Assembly (NCBI GenBank): GCA_964525015.1
Contig: CAZGFY010000007.1
Coordinates: 2,414-66,413, forward strand
Direction of reading: 5' to 3'
Source: an uncultured Oscillospiraceae bacterium
GTDB lineage: Bacteria > Bacillota > Clostridia > Oscillospirales > Ruminococcaceae
Length of the DNA: 64,000 bases
In this document: piece after piece, positions 18,227 to 27,361 of the stretch
Position numbering within the stretch: the stretch's first letter is position 1
Layout: every line of letters starts with the position of its first letter
Notes under the pieces: generated by a model
Databases searched by the model: none
The model's input: only the letters and a program-made list of their open reading frames with translations
Told to the model about the DNA's origin: nothing
Program-made: the position numbers and the translations under genes

Positions 18227-19969
18227 TTAGCCAATATATTCAATAGCTGAATTAGCAGCAATTCTACCAAATACAACAATATCTGTTACAGCATTACCAC
18301 CGATTCTATTACCACCGTGTATGCCACCAGTAACTTCGCCAGCAGCATATAAACCAGGGATAACCTCGCCTTCAGTTGAGATAACTTCTGCACTTGTGTT
18401 TATAGTAACACCACCCATTGTGTGATGAACACCAGGAGCGATTTGAATTGCATAGTAAGGAGCAACTTCAGCTTTAACTTCCATACCAGTTGTTCTGCCA
18501 AATGCTTCATCAACTTGAGTGTCAACAGCTGTGTTCCAGCCTTCAACTGAAGCTGAAAGAGTAGCAGCGTCTGCACCGATTAATGCAGCTAATTCTTCAA
18601 CAGTTTGAGCTTCAACAGTTAAACCACCATTAACGTATTTTTCAATAGCTGATAAACCATCTCTAACCTGTTGGTCAAATACAAGGTAAGCATATCCACC
18701 TTCTTGCGCTAAAATACCAGCAGAAACAACGTCACGAGTTTCAAGTTCGTTTATAAATCTTGCACCAGTTTGATTTACTAATATAGCACCACCACCACGA
18801 ACAGATTCAGTAATCATAATTGTTGATTCTTGGTGAACAGTTGGGTGAATTTGAACTTGTTCTATATCTGTTAATGATGCACCAGCATTTTCAGCCATAA
18901 CAATACCTTCGCCTAATGCGCCAGCGTGATTTGTTGTAACAAAGCCTTCTAAGTCAGGGCGATACTGAGTGAATAACTCGCTATTAGCACCAAAACCACC
19001 AGTAGCAAGGATAACAGCAGAAGCATTAACAGTGTAGTCAACTTCATTTGAAGAAGCAATAACACCAGTTGCAACGCCATCCGTCATAATAACTTCAGTT
19101 GCAGTTGTGTTGTATAAAATTTCGATTTCTAACTCATTAACAACTTCCATTAAGTTTGTAACCAGATAGTCGCCCACACCAGCACCACCTTCTGGACGGT
19201 GAATTCTTTTATTTGTAGCACCACCTGAGAATGAAACTTCAGGAAGTGGAGCGCCAAGTTCAGCTAGCCAATCAATAGCTTCTGCTGAATTTTCAGCCAT
19301 AGTTGTGATTAAATCAATATTGCCAACTTCGTATCCGCCAGCATATGTATCATCGATAAATGTTTGGATGCTATCTTCGATTTCAAGAGTTGCTTGAACG
19401 CTTGTTTCAGCAGCATTCATACCACCAGTTGCACGAACAGTGTTACCACCAGCAAAAGGCATTTTTTCTAAAACTAAAACTGATTTACCAGCTTGTGTAG
19501 CTTCGATAGCAGCTGTAATACCAGCACCACCAGCACCAACAATAACTAAATCAACTTCTTTAGTTTCAGCTGTTTTTTCTACTGTTTCAGTAGATGTGTT
19601 CATAAAATCCTCTGAAGTGTATCCACCAGAAGTTAAAGCAGTATCAACAGCTTCTAAAAATGCAACAGAAGACATAGTTGCGCCTGCAATAGCATCAACT
19701 CCAACATTTTGAGTTTCTAATATTGTGCTAGTTAAAGTATCGATTGCAGCACCACCAATTGTAGGTGTTTCTTCGTGCTCGGCTGTTAAAGATGTGATTT
19801 TGCCATCTTCAACAGATAAATTAACGGTAATTGCAACAGATTTGTTGTATCCGTTTTCGCTAGAGCCAGTTAATGTTTGATTTTCTGCAGATGTGTCAGT
19901 GCTTGAAGAGCAAGCCGCAAGTGAAAACATTAAAGCTGAGCTTAGTAATAATGAAATAATTTTTTTCAT
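18227..19969 (-). CDS. Extracytoplasmic flavoprotein reductase lipoprotein (FMN_bind domain + FAD-binding fumarate/urocanate-reductase-like domain)
   Basis: Lipobox LAAC. FMN_bind-type flavinylation motif DAIAGATMS (19676-19696). FAD dinucleotide fold VVGAGGAGITAA. Fcc3-type active-site blocks QIHPT, ESVRGGGAILVN, HHTMGGV, GGNRIGGNA. Confidence 0.8.
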   Translation of the reverse strand: MKKIISLLLSSALMFSLAACSSSTDTSAENQTLTGSSENGYNKSVAITVNLSVEDGKITSLTAEHEETPTIGGAAIDTLTSTILETQNVGVDAIAGATMSSVAFLEAVDTALTSGGYTSEDFMNTSTETVEKTAETKEVDLVIVGAGGAGITAAIEATQAGKSVLVLEKMPFAGGNTVRATGGMNAAETSVQATLEIEDSIQTFIDDTYAGGYEVGNIDLITTMAENSAEAIDWLAELGAPLPEVSFSGGATNKRIHRPEGGAGVGDYLVTNLMEVVNELEIEILYNTTATEVIMTDGVATGVIASSNEVDYTVNASAVILATGGFGANSELFTQYRPDLEGFVTTNHAGALGEGIVMAENAGASLTDIEQVQIHPTVHQESTIMITESVRGGGAILVNQTGARFINELETRDVVSAGILAQEGGYAYLVFDQQVRDGLSAIEKYVNGGLTVEAQTVEELAALIGADAATLSASVEGWNTAVDTQVDEAFGRTTGMEVKAEVAPYYAIQIAPGVHHTMGGVTINTSAEVISTEGEVIPGLYAAGEVTGGIHGGNRIGGNAVTDIVVFGRIAANSAIEYIG

Positions 19970-20343
19970 TGTTTGATTCTCCTTATTAGGTTGTAGTAAA
20001 AAATGTTAAGATAATTTTTTATCGAATGTTATTATACTATATTAGTGCAATAAATTCAATATGCAAATTGTTAAAAAAAATATAAACAATAATGAAAGAA
20101 AATTTACATATTAATCAAATGTGAAATATATGTGAAAAATATAAAGGGCTAAATGTAACATTTTGCTTCAAAAAAATGTTAAAATATGGTAATTTGTTCA
20201 ATGTGAATAAAACATATATAAATATTTGTGTAAAAAGCTACTGCAAATGTATTAAATAAAGTACAGACTTTATAAATTGATAAAAAAATATCGCTATATT
20301 GATTTTGTGTAATTGAGATGTAACAATTTTATAGTATGATTAA

Positions 20344-23300
20344 TTGAATAAAAATATAAATCCATCTTACAATTTAGAAAATATAGGAAAGGACTTCTTC
20401 GATATGAAACATTTAAATATTTTAATTAAAGATATTAATGATATTAAAATTAATTCAGAGATAAAACAATTTTTAAATCAAGAAAATTGTTTAGTTAGAA
20501 TCCATGTTTCAAGTGCTGATACAAATTTTGCATTAGATTTAGCAAAAGAAATTAGAAATATACTACCTAAATCAAATATTATGGGAACAGCAGTTGATGG
20601 AGTTCTTTTTAATGGCGAAATTTATGATGATTTTCATTTAATATCAATAATTTCATTTGATAAAGCAAAAATTTTTACAAAACTTATTTCAGGTAATGAA
20701 TTAAAAGTAAATGAGCTTTCACATGCCATTTCAAATACAGTTTTAAATTATGAGCCATCTACAATATTTTTGTTTTTAGGTGATGAAAATAAAGAAATAC
20801 ATAAAATATGCCAGCATCTTAGCAAAAAAGCAAACAAGGCGTCATTTGTTGGTGGGGTTTCTGGATATTTAAATAAAAAAACAGGTGAAGTTACAAATTA
20901 TGTTTTTGATGATAAAAAGCTAATTAAAAATGGCTGTGTTTTAGCTGGTGTAAGTAAAGAGTATATATTATCTTATACTAATGCTGTTGTGGGTCATGAA
21001 GCTATTTCTAAAATTTACACTATAACAGATACAACCGATACCTATATAAATGAAATTGACAATCAAAATGCCAATGATTGGATGAGAGAAAATTTAGGAT
21101 TTGATAAATTATACAAAAACGATGATAAAGCACTTGAGAACGATGTATTAATAAGGCTGCCATTCGTTTTGGAAAACGAAGATGGTGCTAGTAGAATTTT
21201 AGCTTTTAATGAAAAAGAAAAGAAATTCACACCAAATTATACTCTACTAGATAAAAATCAAAAGTTTCGAGTTGGCTATTTAAGTACTCTTAAAAGCGTT
21301 GAAGAGTGGCAGAATGTATGCTTTGATTTAGAAAACACATCAGTTGAATATATGTTTACCTATTCCTGTTTATATAGAAGAATTTATTTAGAAAATCTTT
21401 CAAAAATCGAAATGAGTCTATTTAAAGATACAGAAATTGCAGGCGCATTTTTGCGTGGTGAAATAGGCACAAAAAATGGAGTTACTAGATATTATAACGG
21501 AACGTGTAGTTTGGTAACTTTGGCTGATGAAGAAAAATATATTGATATAAATTTTTCGGCTTTTCAATCTATATTGCAGTTAAATGATTCAATTAAATTA
21601 GAAGAAAATTTAAAAGCAGTTTCAGCAAATAAAAACTTATTAATTAGCAGTTTAATATTAGATGAATTAAATAATATAAAAGATGAATCAAATGAAAACA
21701 CAATGCTAACCTTTGTTAAAGACAATAAAAAGGATGAATATTCAAAAGTTTGTCTTATAAATAATAAAGTTTTTGATTTGAATTTTAATGAAATACTGGG
21801 TGCAAAGCAAAAAGAAGTATCTGAAAAAATGCTCAAAAGTGCACAGATGTTTTTACAAGATGAGTATAAAAATGTTGCTTTAGATATTTATAGATATAAT
21901 AAAGATAGCTTTTTTGTTTTGATAAATGAAATTAAAAATGATGCTAAAGTTATTGAGATTACTCAAAGGCTATACAATCATCTAAATAAAATTGCTGTTT
22001 TAGATAAAGAGTTTAAGATATTTAATAATATAACTATTGCTTTAAAATTTGAAAGAATACAAAAACTTGTGTTAAGCCAAAAAAATGAAGGCGAAGAAAA
22101 ATTTAAAAATAATTTTAATATATTTAGTGAAAAAGATGAGAGTTTAAGTTTGCAAGAAGAATTTGAACTTGTTGCAAATTTAAAAGAAGTTGTTAAAAAT
22201 GAAAGCGTTATGCCATATGTTCAAGGAATTTATGATAACATAAATGGTGGATTTTATGCATATGAAGTTATAATGCGCCTTATGGCATCTTCTGGTGAAG
22301 TTTTGTTTCCAGAGCATTTTTTACCAATAGCAAAAAAACACGATGTATATTTAGATTTAAGTTATATATTAGTAGAAAAAGTTTTAGATTTTGTAAAATT
22401 TAAAAATGAAAAAATATTAATTAATATATCTGTTAAAGACGTTGAGTCGGATAAGTTTTGCAAAATGGTTTTTTCAAAATTGAGTGAGATGGAAAAACCA
22501 AGCAATATAATATTTGAAGTTTGTGATTTAAATCAAATTTTATATATTGAAAAACTTAAACTTTTCCTTTTTAAATTAGAGCAATTAAATATGAAGTTTG
22601 CAATTGATAATTTTGAAATTGCAGATTATGATATTGTAAGAGAAAATGAAATTAAGGTAAGCTATATAAAAATTACTAGTAGCTATCTAAGCGATATAAG
22701 CGAGCAAAGCAGTGTGGATAATATTTTTACATCAGCTAAAAAAATGAATGCACAGCTTATGGTAAAGCATGTTGAAACAGCAGGAATGCAAAAACAGGTT
22801 TTATCCTACTCAATTAAATACACTCAAGGATTTTTCTTTTCTCGCCCAGTTTCTATTGAAGAACCTAATGCAATGATGCAAAATGATACTTCAAAAGAGA
22901 ATGTTGCGGATATAAGCGACAAGGAAGAACTATCAGATAAAACAAATAAAAAATCAAAAAATCTTGTGTATTTTGGAATTCTTACATTTATTATTATAGC
23001 AGTTATTGCTACAATAAATTTTACAAGCGAAAATTTAAAGCTTGTTTCTAATATGAATGATATATTTTTAACAGAGCTTGCAAGTGGGCTTTCTGAACAG
23101 GTTTCGGATAAAATGAATGACTCAAAAGAATTTTTAATTTTAGCTAGTGATTTTGTGGTAAGTGATGGATACGAAAAAGAAGATTTAATTAAAAATCTAG
23201 GCGATATGTCTAATCAAACAACCTTTGATGAAATTTACATCTCTTTTAATGGTCAAACCGCTGTGAATTATAATGATGAGGAACTTTTAATTGATATCAA

Positions 23301-24435
23301 TAGCGTTTATGGAAGTGCAACAAAGGATGAAGTAGTTATTTCATCCCCAATAAAAATATTAAATCGAAGCTTAAATACTGAGCTGTTTATTCTTAGCTAT
23401 CCAATACTTGATGGCGATGAAAAAATAGGAGAGATATACGGAGTTTATTATACAAATAGTTTTTCAGAAGTATTAGATTTAACGGTTTTTGGTGGAGAAG
23501 CATTTTTTCATATATGCGAAGTTGATGGAACTGCAGTTGTAATTAGTGGTGATAATAATAATTTGTTTTCCGGTGGAGATATGTATACCTTTATTGATTC
23601 CCTAGATATGACAAATGATAATACATCTCAAAGCATTAGACTAGATATGGAAAACTCAAACCCAGCTTTACTAAAATATGAAATAGCAGGTCAAGAAAGA
23701 ACAGCAGTAATGCTAAGAATTAAGGGTACTGATTGGTGTGCTATTAGCATAGTTGTAGATGAAACGGTTAATACCATGCAAACAGATATTACTTCAAATA
23801 CATTTAATTTTGTTGCTTTTGTATTGGTAATGATTATTTTATACAGTGTTTTACTAATCGAAATTGAAAGAAGAAATAAAAAGGAACTATTAAAAGCCTT
23901 AGAATCAAGCAATCTTTTAGCAAATTCACTTCAGACAAATATGGAAATGGATTCTCTTACAAGAACATTTAGCCGTTCTGCAATCGAAGAGAAAATTTCA
24001 AATATTATAGACAAACCTCAAGAAAGTCAAAAGAGTGCAGTAGTTTTACTTGATGTGGATAATTTTAAAACTGTAAATGATACATATGGACATAAAACAG
24101 GGGATTTATTCCTTCAAGAATTAACCTCAGCTGTAAAACGCAGTTTGAGAGGCGGAGATATGATTGGAAGAATTGGTGGCGATGAATTTGTTATTTTATT
24201 AAATGATATAGTTGATTTGGAGATAACAAAATCAATTTTAACAAGAATACTTTCTAATGTTAATAAAATTGAAATTAAAGGAGTTTCTTTAGAAGAGGTT
24301 TCAATTAGTGCGGGCGTAGCTATTGTTCCAAAAGAAGGTATTGATTACGATGAAATAAGCACAAAAGCAGATAGAGCACTATATCTTGCAAAACTTGCAG
24401 GAAAAAATAAATTTATGATATATGATGAATTATAG
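20344..24435 (+). CDS. Composite c-di-GMP signalling protein: N-terminal sensor-like region, degenerate GGDEF, degenerate EAL, TM, Cache-like ectodomain, TM, intact GGDEF
   Basis: The C-terminus has RGGD-MIGRI-GGDEF, i.e. an I-site RxxD 5 residues before GGDEF (24175-24189). The EAL-like domain (~22201-22860) has EVI for EAL and AIDNFE for DDFG. YRYNKDSFFVLI resembles a decayed GGDEF. TM segments lie near 22964 and 23803. The TTG 20344 start is doubtful. ATG 20404 has GGAAAGGA upstream. Confidence 0.75.
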   Translation: MNKNINPSYNLENIGKDFFDMKHLNILIKDINDIKINSEIKQFLNQENCLVRIHVSSADTNFALDLAKEIRNILPKSNIMGTAVDGVLFNGEIYDDFHLISIISFDKAKIFTKLISGNELKVNELSHAISNTVLNYEPSTIFLFLGDENKEIHKICQHLSKKANKASFVGGVSGYLNKKTGEVTNYVFDDKKLIKNGCVLAGVSKEYILSYTNAVVGHEAISKIYTITDTTDTYINEIDNQNANDWMRENLGFDKLYKNDDKALENDVLIRLPFVLENEDGASRILAFNEKEKKFTPNYTLLDKNQKFRVGYLSTLKSVEEWQNVCFDLENTSVEYMFTYSCLYRRIYLENLSKIEMSLFKDTEIAGAFLRGEIGTKNGVTRYYNGTCSLVTLADEEKYIDINFSAFQSILQLNDSIKLEENLKAVSANKNLLISSLILDELNNIKDESNENTMLTFVKDNKKDEYSKVCLINNKVFDLNFNEILGAKQKEVSEKMLKSAQMFLQDEYKNVALDIYRYNKDSFFVLINEIKNDAKVIEITQRLYNHLNKIAVLDKEFKIFNNITIALKFERIQKLVLSQKNEGEEKFKNNFNIFSEKDESLSLQEEFELVANLKEVVKNESVMPYVQGIYDNINGGFYAYEVIMRLMASSGEVLFPEHFLPIAKKHDVYLDLSYILVEKVLDFVKFKNEKILINISVKDVESDKFCKMVFSKLSEMEKPSNIIFEVCDLNQILYIEKLKLFLFKLEQLNMKFAIDNFEIADYDIVRENEIKVSYIKITSSYLSDISEQSSVDNIFTSAKKMNAQLMVKHVETAGMQKQVLSYSIKYTQGFFFSRPVSIEEPNAMMQNDTSKENVADISDKEELSDKTNKKSKNLVYFGILTFIIIAVIATINFTSENLKLVSNMNDIFLTELASGLSEQVSDKMNDSKEFLILASDFVVSDGYEKEDLIKNLGDMSNQTTFDEIYISFNGQTAVNYNDEELLIDINSVYGSATKDEVVISSPIKILNRSLNTELFILSYPILDGDEKIGEIYGVYYTNSFSEVLDLTVFGGEAFFHICEVDGTAVVISGDNNNLFSGGDMYTFIDSLDMTNDNTSQSIRLDMENSNPALLKYEIAGQERTAVMLRIKGTDWCAISIVVDETVNTMQTDITSNTFNFVAFVLVMIILYSVLLIEIERRNKKELLKALESSNLLANSLQTNMEMDSLTRTFSRSAIEEKISNIIDKPQESQKSAVVLLDVDNFKTVNDTYGHKTGDLFLQELTSAVKRSLRGGDMIGRIGGDEFVILLNDIVDLEITKSILTRILSNVNKIEIKGVSLEEVSISAGVAIVPKEGIDYDEISTKADRALYLAKLAGKNKFMIYDEL

Positions 24436-24449
24436 ATATTTATAAACGA

Positions 24450-24486
24450 AAGTGGGTAGTTTAGCTACTCACTTTTGCTTTTTTGT
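24450..24486 (+). terminator. Intrinsic terminator
   Basis: AGTGGGTAG / CTACTCACT stem (one G-U pair) followed by TTTTGCTTTTTT. Confidence 0.65.
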
Positions 24487-24548
24487 AATATATCATTCAT
24501 TGACTTAGATAGCTTGATTTGATATTATTAGATTAATAAAATAAGCGA

Positions 24549-25523
24549 ATGAAAGGAAAGGATATTAAAATGTTAAGTAGATTATTTATTTTATGCCTTA
24601 TGATAATATCTTCATTAAGTCTATCAGCATGTTCTATAGGAGCTGATATTGAAATAGAAAGCTCTTCTAGTAATATAACTCAAAGTGAGGATCAGATATC
24701 AGAAAGTGAAGAAGTTTTAACTCAAAGTAAGGGGGAATTAGAAGACACTGCTTCAACTTCTAATATGAGTAAAGAAGAGCAACAGATAATTAAAGATAAG
24801 ATGATAAATATTATTAATAACTCAGATAAAGTTGAGGTTGTTGATAATTTAATCCTGACTTTAAAAGATGAAGATAAACTGGAAATAATAAATATTTTAA
24901 ATTTAGAAGAAAAAGAGGTTATATCTTCTGATAATTCTTTTGGAGCTTTTGGAATTAAACTTCTGACGGATAATAGCGATGATTATATGCTTTTTACAAG
25001 CGTTAGCGAAAGTGAATATATAATAATTATAGATGCTATTTATAGAGTTTATCTAGATGAGGATACTGTGAATGCTGTTTCGGATTTCTTTTTTAATCTT
25101 GGAGATGAAAGCATTAAAAATGGAAATGAAAAATTGGAAGAAGATGTTTTTAATATATTAAAAAATCTTGCACTTGAAGATATTATTTATTCATATGAAG
25201 TATCGCCTGAGCAGATAAAAGAGCTCTCTAGTGAAGAAATTCAAAGTATAAAAGATGTTCTTAGTATTAATGATTGGAGAATTTACACGGGCAATTATTC
25301 ATTAATTCACCCGTATAAAGAAGATAGCATCACTTTTACAAATCAAGTTGATATAGGCTCAGGATACATTTTTAATCAAACGATTAATTTTGCTCACTAT
25401 GATGGAGTTTATGTAGCAAAAATAGTTTATTTAGATGGACCAGGGATGCAATTAGAATTATATATAACTCAAGAAATTTATGATAATTTAAAATCAGAGA
25501 TTTCAAAAATTCTAGGCGAATAA
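24549..25523 (+). CDS. Hypothetical acidic lipoprotein
   Basis: The likely start is ATG 24570 (AGGAAAGGA upstream). Signal peptide MLSRLFILCLMIISSLSLSAC with a lipobox. The rest is Glu/Asp-rich with no recognised family. Confidence 0.6.
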   Translation: MKGKDIKMLSRLFILCLMIISSLSLSACSIGADIEIESSSSNITQSEDQISESEEVLTQSKGELEDTASTSNMSKEEQQIIKDKMINIINNSDKVEVVDNLILTLKDEDKLEIINILNLEEKEVISSDNSFGAFGIKLLTDNSDDYMLFTSVSESEYIIIIDAIYRVYLDEDTVNAVSDFFFNLGDESIKNGNEKLEEDVFNILKNLALEDIIYSYEVSPEQIKELSSEEIQSIKDVLSINDWRIYTGNYSLIHPYKEDSITFTNQVDIGSGYIFNQTINFAHYDGVYVAKIVYLDGPGMQLELYITQEIYDNLKSEISKILGE

Positions 25524-25711
25524 GATAGCTGTACTTCGATGTTTTGTTAATAGTGCACAAAAATAACTATGAAAAATTTACGAAATAGATTTTTTGTACA
25601 GAAATTGTCCCTTTTTGTACTGTTTTCTATGTTTTAAATCTATATTAAAGTTGGTACAATAGTTAAAACTATAACATCAAACTAAGATGATGTTAAAAAA
25701 GGAGAAAATTT

Positions 25712-27073
25712 ATGTCACAAAAAAATACGAAAATGACTATGCTTGGTTGCGTTACAATGGCTATGGGCGCAATTATCGGAGCTGGTCTATTCACATCACT
25801 GCCAATGACCCTTGATATGGTTGGCTCAAATGTGGGCTGGGCACTAATTTTAACAACAATATTTATATGTTTAAAAACTCTGCCAAGCTTATATCTTCAA
25901 TCATCACTACCAGTTACAGGCTCAACTTATGTTTATATAGCAAGACTTATCCACCCAGCCGTTGGATATGTTCAAACTTTAAACTCTGTTATCGGCGCAC
26001 TTAACATTTCAATTATGTCGATGACATTTGCTAACTACTTTGTTGAACTATTTCCAGAAATAGCGCTAGACACAAAATTAGTTGCTGTTGCGTGTGCTTT
26101 AATCTTCACAGTTATCGGAACATTTGGTGCTAATGCAATCGGTAAATTCCAAAATATTATGATGGCTCTTTTATTAATCGCACTTGGCGTTTATATTTTC
26201 TTTGGTATTGGCGCTGTTGAAGTTGGTACAACTGTTCAAGATTTCATCGTTCCAACTGTTGATTTTGCAACTATGTGGGGTGCAATGGCAATACTAAACT
26301 ACTCACTTCAAGGTGGTGCGATTGTTTCTTCATTCGCAGACGAAGTTGAAAATCCAGGAAAAGTTATTCCTTTATCATTCTTCTTAGGAACCGTTTTAGT
26401 AATGGTGCTATACATAGTTATCGCATTTGTAACATACGGTGCAGGTCCTATTGATGGAGGCTACAATTTAGCTACTATCGCTGCAACATTTATGTCACCA
26501 ACTTTAGTTAGATTTTTCATTGTTGCAGGTGCTCTATTTGCAACTATCACAACTTTAAATGGCTCTTTAATGATTTACTCTCGTGTTCACTATGCTAGTG
26601 CAAAAGATGGTATCTGGCCAGAAGTTATTGCAAAAACTAACAAATACAATGTTCCATATGTAAGTTTATGGGTTTGCACTTTAATTGCAGTTGGCGTAAT
26701 GCTTACTGATATTGATTTAGGCTCAATTCTAAGAATTGTTTCTATCCCTGGACTTCTACTAGGTGTGGTTTTCTATATTCCACCACTAACTTTTGCTAAA
26801 AGATATCCAAATGCTGCAAAAAAATCATACTTTAAAATACCATTTGTTTTAAATGCAATTTTATGTGTGTTCTCAGTAGTTATGTCTTTTTATATGGGTT
26901 GGAGTCTGCTTATGGATATAGGCTCTAGAGCTATTCCAATGGCTATATTCTACGTTGGCGGATATGTTTACTACTACTTCCGTTGGCAATATCTAAAAAA
27001 ACATAAAGGCATTGATATTATAGAAAGAACAAAAGGCTCACTACCACAATGGGACGAGTTAAACAAAGCATAA
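25712..27073 (+). CDS. APC-superfamily amino-acid permease
   Basis: About 12 predicted TM segments. N-terminal GAIIGAGLF motif typical of APC transporters. AGGAGAA SD. Confidence 0.8.
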   Translation: MSQKNTKMTMLGCVTMAMGAIIGAGLFTSLPMTLDMVGSNVGWALILTTIFICLKTLPSLYLQSSLPVTGSTYVYIARLIHPAVGYVQTLNSVIGALNISIMSMTFANYFVELFPEIALDTKLVAVACALIFTVIGTFGANAIGKFQNIMMALLLIALGVYIFFGIGAVEVGTTVQDFIVPTVDFATMWGAMAILNYSLQGGAIVSSFADEVENPGKVIPLSFFLGTVLVMVLYIVIAFVTYGAGPIDGGYNLATIAATFMSPTLVRFFIVAGALFATITTLNGSLMIYSRVHYASAKDGIWPEVIAKTNKYNVPYVSLWVCTLIAVGVMLTDIDLGSILRIVSIPGLLLGVVFYIPPLTFAKRYPNAAKKSYFKIPFVLNAILCVFSVVMSFYMGWSLLMDIGSRAIPMAIFYVGGYVYYYFRWQYLKKHKGIDIIERTKGSLPQWDELNKA

Positions 27074-27094
27074 AATAGATAAAAAATTATAATT

Positions 27095-27145
27095 AAAAAA
27101 GCTAATCTGGTTTATTAAAAATAAACAAAATGATTAGCTTTTTTC
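27095..27145 (+). terminator. Possible terminator after the permease gene
   Basis: AAAAAAGCTAATC / GATTAGCTTTTTT arms, but with a long 24-nt loop. Confidence 0.45.
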
Positions 27146-27223
27146 TTTGAAATTTTTCTATAAATTTTATGAATTATATGTTTTATCTAGTTAAATTTAA
27201 TAAATTTTGTACAAAATGCAGAA

Positions 27224-27270
27224 AAACAATATATTGGTGCTATACTCTTGTCTAACACAAGATATTGTTG
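27224..27270 (+). promoter_or_regulatory. Tandem NrdR boxes upstream of nrdD
   Basis: AAACAATATATTGGTG (27224-27239) and ACACAAGATATTGTTG (27255-27270) both resemble the NrdR-box palindrome acaCwAtATaTwGtgt. Their starts are 31 bp apart, the spacing described for NrdR operators. Confidence 0.7.
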
Positions 27271-27361
27271 TATAATAACTATATTGCAATAAATATTGTA
27301 CTATGCTATTTAAAAAATAAGATGTATTTATAGATAAATTAAAAAAAGAGGAGTGTAGAAA

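Noticed and set aside
25524-25711. T-box or amino-acid riboswitch upstream of the APC permease
   Set aside because: I found no T-box sequence (GGTGGTACCGCG-like), specifier-loop layout, L-box or glycine-riboswitch core.
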